NCBI RefSeq assembly: GCF_000143415.4
Contig: NW_003314367.1
Location: 248,001-312,000, forward strand
Source of the DNA: Selaginella moellendorffii
Taxonomy: Eukaryota; Plantae; Lycopodiophyta
Reading direction: 5' to 3'
DNA length: 64,000 nucleotides
Under the pieces are notes generated by a model that saw only the letters and a program-made list of their open reading frames with translations, searched no databases and was not told the origin of the DNA. A program made the position numbers and the translations under genes. Position 1 is the first letter of the stretch, and every line of letters starts with the position of its first letter. Shown in pieces: positions 60,476 to 64,000 of this stretch.

Positions 60476-61714
60476 AGTGAGTTTCTTTCGGATTTTAAAA
60501 TACTTGATCAGGGTCTGGATGGCTTATGTGCAAGGTGGGTAAGTGGCGCTGCTGCTGGGGTAAGAGATCCAACGAGCTTGCCTTGAATTACGTTTGAATT
60601 GAAACTGATCGCAGGGACATCAAAACTACTTGGACAGCAATCAGCTTGACGACGATGGAAGGGTGAGAACTCCGAGCGTTCTGCGAGATCACCGAACTGG
60701 AGTACATTCTCGAAGTGTCGGGCCGGCTCACTCTCGAGTTTATGGACGTGTACAGGATTCGCGGCAGCAGCTTCAGCATTGACTTGCTGGAGCTGACAGA
60801 CTTCGCAGACTATATAGTGACTACGAGATCATTCACGAGCACACCTTTTGTCCCGAGTTGGGAGGATCTTTTTATACCATTCTTTCTAGAGCTCCCATGA
60901 TACTCCCTCGGAGCCAAACAAATAAAGGAATTAAAGGTACCTCTTTGGAAAAGTGGCGATTCTACGTAACACCAAGAAAAAATCACGGGTGCAGCGGATC
61001 GGAGCTCTTGCTCTCGAAGCTGAGCCAGAGGTTCTCGTTTTCAAGTCGAGGGTTGACCACTGCTGGGTTTTAGTTTTTGCTCCGCTTTCTCCACTTTGCA
61101 GGGCTTGGAGAGGCCAAATAAAGGAATAGAGAAGCACAAAATCAAAATTTAACAAATGCTTACATGATAGAGGGATGTCCATAATTTGGTTGTGGGTATG
61201 TCCTCTTTCAGTGTGCCATGAAGTGCCTGGAGGTCCTGCTTGATTGCAGCATGAATTGTGGAAGTCATGACTGCAGTATATGTAAGATTATAAATTTAAA
61301 TTTTAACAACAAACAAAACTCAAATCTTTGTGATTGATGGATGAATGACACCTGAAGAAAACGCTAACATAACCATTAGCATATAGCTATTACGCTCTAG
61401 TGTTTGTGTGATGAATGAATGAATGAATGATAGGAAATGAATGAATGAATGGATTGAACAAATGAATGAATGATAGGAAAACTTGTTAACTTTAAGAATG
61501 TTAGCTATAAACAGATGTAAGATTACAAAATTTTAAATATGGAAAGTGAATAAGATTCCAAAATAATATATTTAAGATTTTGTAATCCTAGTTTTAATGT
61601 CATTTGTCCTGAAAATCTGAGAGGACTTATCTTGATCAACTCATGTCGTCCGGGAAATAAGTTTGAAAATTTCCCACTATAGTTCTCACTGAAATGTTGA
61701 AACCCTATTTCAAG

Positions 61715-62331
61715 TAAAGATTCGTATGTGTTTGAGAGCAGCACGTAACAGGACGAGTTCGTTTCATCCAACTTCTGCACTTGTTGAGCAAGCTCATCTG
61801 CATTCAGCTTCGTTTGGTTATTCCCACGAGTCTTGTATGCGCTAAGAAGCTGAGTCCAAGCAACGGGACTAGGATGGAAGGGCATGCTGTGAATCAAATC
61901 CTGAGCTTCAGCCAGCCTTCCTGCTCTTCCCAGATGATCAGCGATGCAGATGTAACGCTCAGCCATGGGATCAACACCATAGTCGTTTCTCAAGCTCACA
62001 AAATACGTCCACCCGTCTTTCAGCTCCCAGTGACAACAAGACGAAAGCACCGCGATGGAGGTGATTCCATCCGGTTCAACTCCATCCAAACCCATCTCCT
62101 TGAAGAGATCCAGAGCTAGCAGGCCATGACCACTCTGTGCATATGCAGATATCATCGCACTCCAAGACACCATGCGTCTTTCAGGCATCGCATCGAAGAT
62201 CCAATGAGCCTCCTCCAGACTGCCGCACTTCCCATACATTGTCAGGATCGACGTCAAAACCGGCTCCAACGCGTTGAATCTGGCGGGGGCAGCTTCGACG
62301 TGGATCAGCTTCCCGACTTTGAGCAACGAGA
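61715..62331 (-). pseudogene. PLS-class PPR gene 3' fragment (last repeats plus E domain)
   Basis: MYGKCGSLEEA..FDAMPER, HLGRAGRLAEAQDLI..MPF, NSSCYVLLSNTY. 5' part replaced by Copia. Confidence 0.9.
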
Positions 62332-64000
62332 GAAAGAAAAGCGGAGCAAGAACAACGGATTTCACTTCAACACATGCCTTGATTCATATATGGCTGTATA
62401 TATATACAACTTCAATCAAATCGGAAATCACCAGAGATTTGATCACGATTCAGACTGCTTGTCGTGTTCATCATTATTCCTACACTCCCCCTTCAAGCTG
62501 AGGGTGCTTGACACTCCAAGTTGATTCCTCAGCTTGATGAATGTGAGCTCCGAAAGTGGCTTGGTTAGAAGGTCTGCCAATTGATACTGTGAAGGAACGT
62601 ATTCCAGGTGAAGATCTCTGGCTGCTACATGTTCGCGAATGAAGTGATGCTGCACGTCTATATGTTTCGTACGAGCATGAAACACAGGATTCTTTGACAT
62701 GGCAATTGCACTTCTGTTGTCGCAACGCAGAATGGTCGCATCTGATTGCTGTTGATTGAGTTCTCCAAGTAATCAACGAAGCCAGATGATCTCCCTTGCT
62801 GCTGTACTGGCAGCTACGTATTCTGCTTCTGCACTGGAAAGAGCAACCGTTGTTTGCTTCTTGCTTCCCCATGAAACCGGAGCACCAGCAATTATGCAGC
62901 AAATTCCGGAGGTTGAATGTTGTGTATCCAAGTTGCCAGCCCAATCTGCATCGCAGTAAGCTTGAAGAACAAGTTTGGACTGACCTGAGCATTTGTAAAC
63001 CAGTCCATGAGCAGCTGTTCCTTTCAAATACCTCAAAACTCTCTTTGCCATCTGCCAATGATAACAATTTGGAGACTGCATGTATCGGCTGAGGAGACCA
63101 ACGGCAAAGGAGATGTTGGGGCGAGTTATGTTGGCGAGGTAGAGTAGTCCTGCAACAAGCGATCGGTAGACTGAGGGCTGATCAAATAAATCATCCATTT
63201 TGCTTGTAAACTTGATGCCAGTGACAACTGGTGTAGCCATGGATTTGCAACTTGTCATGTTGAACTGGTTGAGAAGCTTCTTCACATATTGGCGCTGTGT
63301 GAGGGTGATTGTCCTGTCAACTTCCATCCCTAACAGCTGCCACACAGCTCCTAAGTCCTTCATCACAAACCTGTCCATAAGCTTGATCTTCACATCCTTC
63401 AAAACAGTGTCATTGTTGCTAACAATCAAACAGTCGTCCACATAAACTGCTATCACAACAAAGTGATCACCCTGCTGAAGAAGATATAGATTTCCATCGC
63501 TGTTCAACCTCTGCATACCAAGATCCATAAGAAAAGAATCCAAACATTCATACCACTGACGGGAAGTCTGCTTAAGGCCATAAAGAGCCTTGCAAAGCTT
63601 GCAGACGAGTTCGGAGCACCATGATCCAAAAAGCTCAAAGCCTGGGGGTTGCCGCATAAATATCTCCTCCTTCAAGTTCCCATTAAGGAAGGCTGTTTTT
63701 ACGTCCATGTGATGTGCGCACAAACCAAACTCCGCTGAAAAAGCCAGAAGCGTTCTGATACTTATCTACTTCACAATTGGTGAGAACGTCTCATCAAAAT
63801 CCACTCCAGGAACTTGTGAATATCCTTGAGCAACAAGTCTTGCTTTGTAACGCTGTACTGATCCATTAGGATTTCTGTGAAGCTTGAACACCCAGCGTGA
63901 TCCAACAACTTCACGTCCTTCAGGAGCTTGCACCCAGTCATAAGTCTGGTTCTCATCAAAAGAATTCAACTCATCTTGCATTGCTAAAATCCACTTATCT
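62332..64000 (-). mobile_element. Ty1/copia LTR retrotransposon 3' part (RT, RNase H, PPT, truncated 3' LTR), degenerate
   Basis: RYKARLVAQG, MDVKTAFLNG, YGLKQ, YVDD, DADWAG, SSAEAEY, RTKHIDVQHHFIRE, ADLLTK. PPT TTGAAGGGGGAG at 62485-62496; LTR starts TGTAGG at 62484. Stops at 63766 and 62773. Confidence 0.95.

Larger units (their letters stand above)
52598..62331. repeat. Tandem segmental duplication, partial rearranged unit 3
   Basis: Same order (BRWD-A 5' end, TM-CC A, BRWD, TM-CC B, ORF-X, remnant, GAAT, PPR) with different lesions. Confidence 0.9.

Overview
Eukaryotic plant nuclear DNA with very short (~50-70 nt) GT-AG introns and PLS-class PPR genes. This fits a compact-genome lycophyte such as Selaginella (an inference, not verified). 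Most of the window is a head-to-tail tandem array of a ~24.6-kb unit: unit 1 ~3351-27962, unit 2 ~27963-52597 and a rearranged partial unit 3 ~52598-62331, ended by a degenerate Ty1/copia element. Each full unit carries two broken BRWD/PHIP-like (WD40-Tudor-bromodomain) genes, several copies of an orphan membrane-anchored 11-residue-repeat coiled-coil gene ('TM-CC'), an orphan ORF, a plastid-type trnW fragment, a PPR pseudogene, a DUF1218 gene, a possible DNA amino-methyltransferase relic next to a retrotransposon PBS, an apparently intronless STAND-like ATPase and an F-box pseudogene. A divergent RFC1-like pseudogene lies left of the array. Nearly all recognisable conserved genes are broken. 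The ORFs that look intact are four TM-CC copies, one STAND ATPase and one DUF1218 gene. Best leads: (i) an internal inversion turns three TM-CC copies into long fold-back hairpins matching the intact TM-CC paralog; (ii) the TM-CC cassette behaves as the core duplicon; (iii) the effector-less STAND ATPase has a hypervariable patch; (iv) the methyltransferase-like relic. Homology calls come from motif recognition by eye, and many boundaries are approximate.
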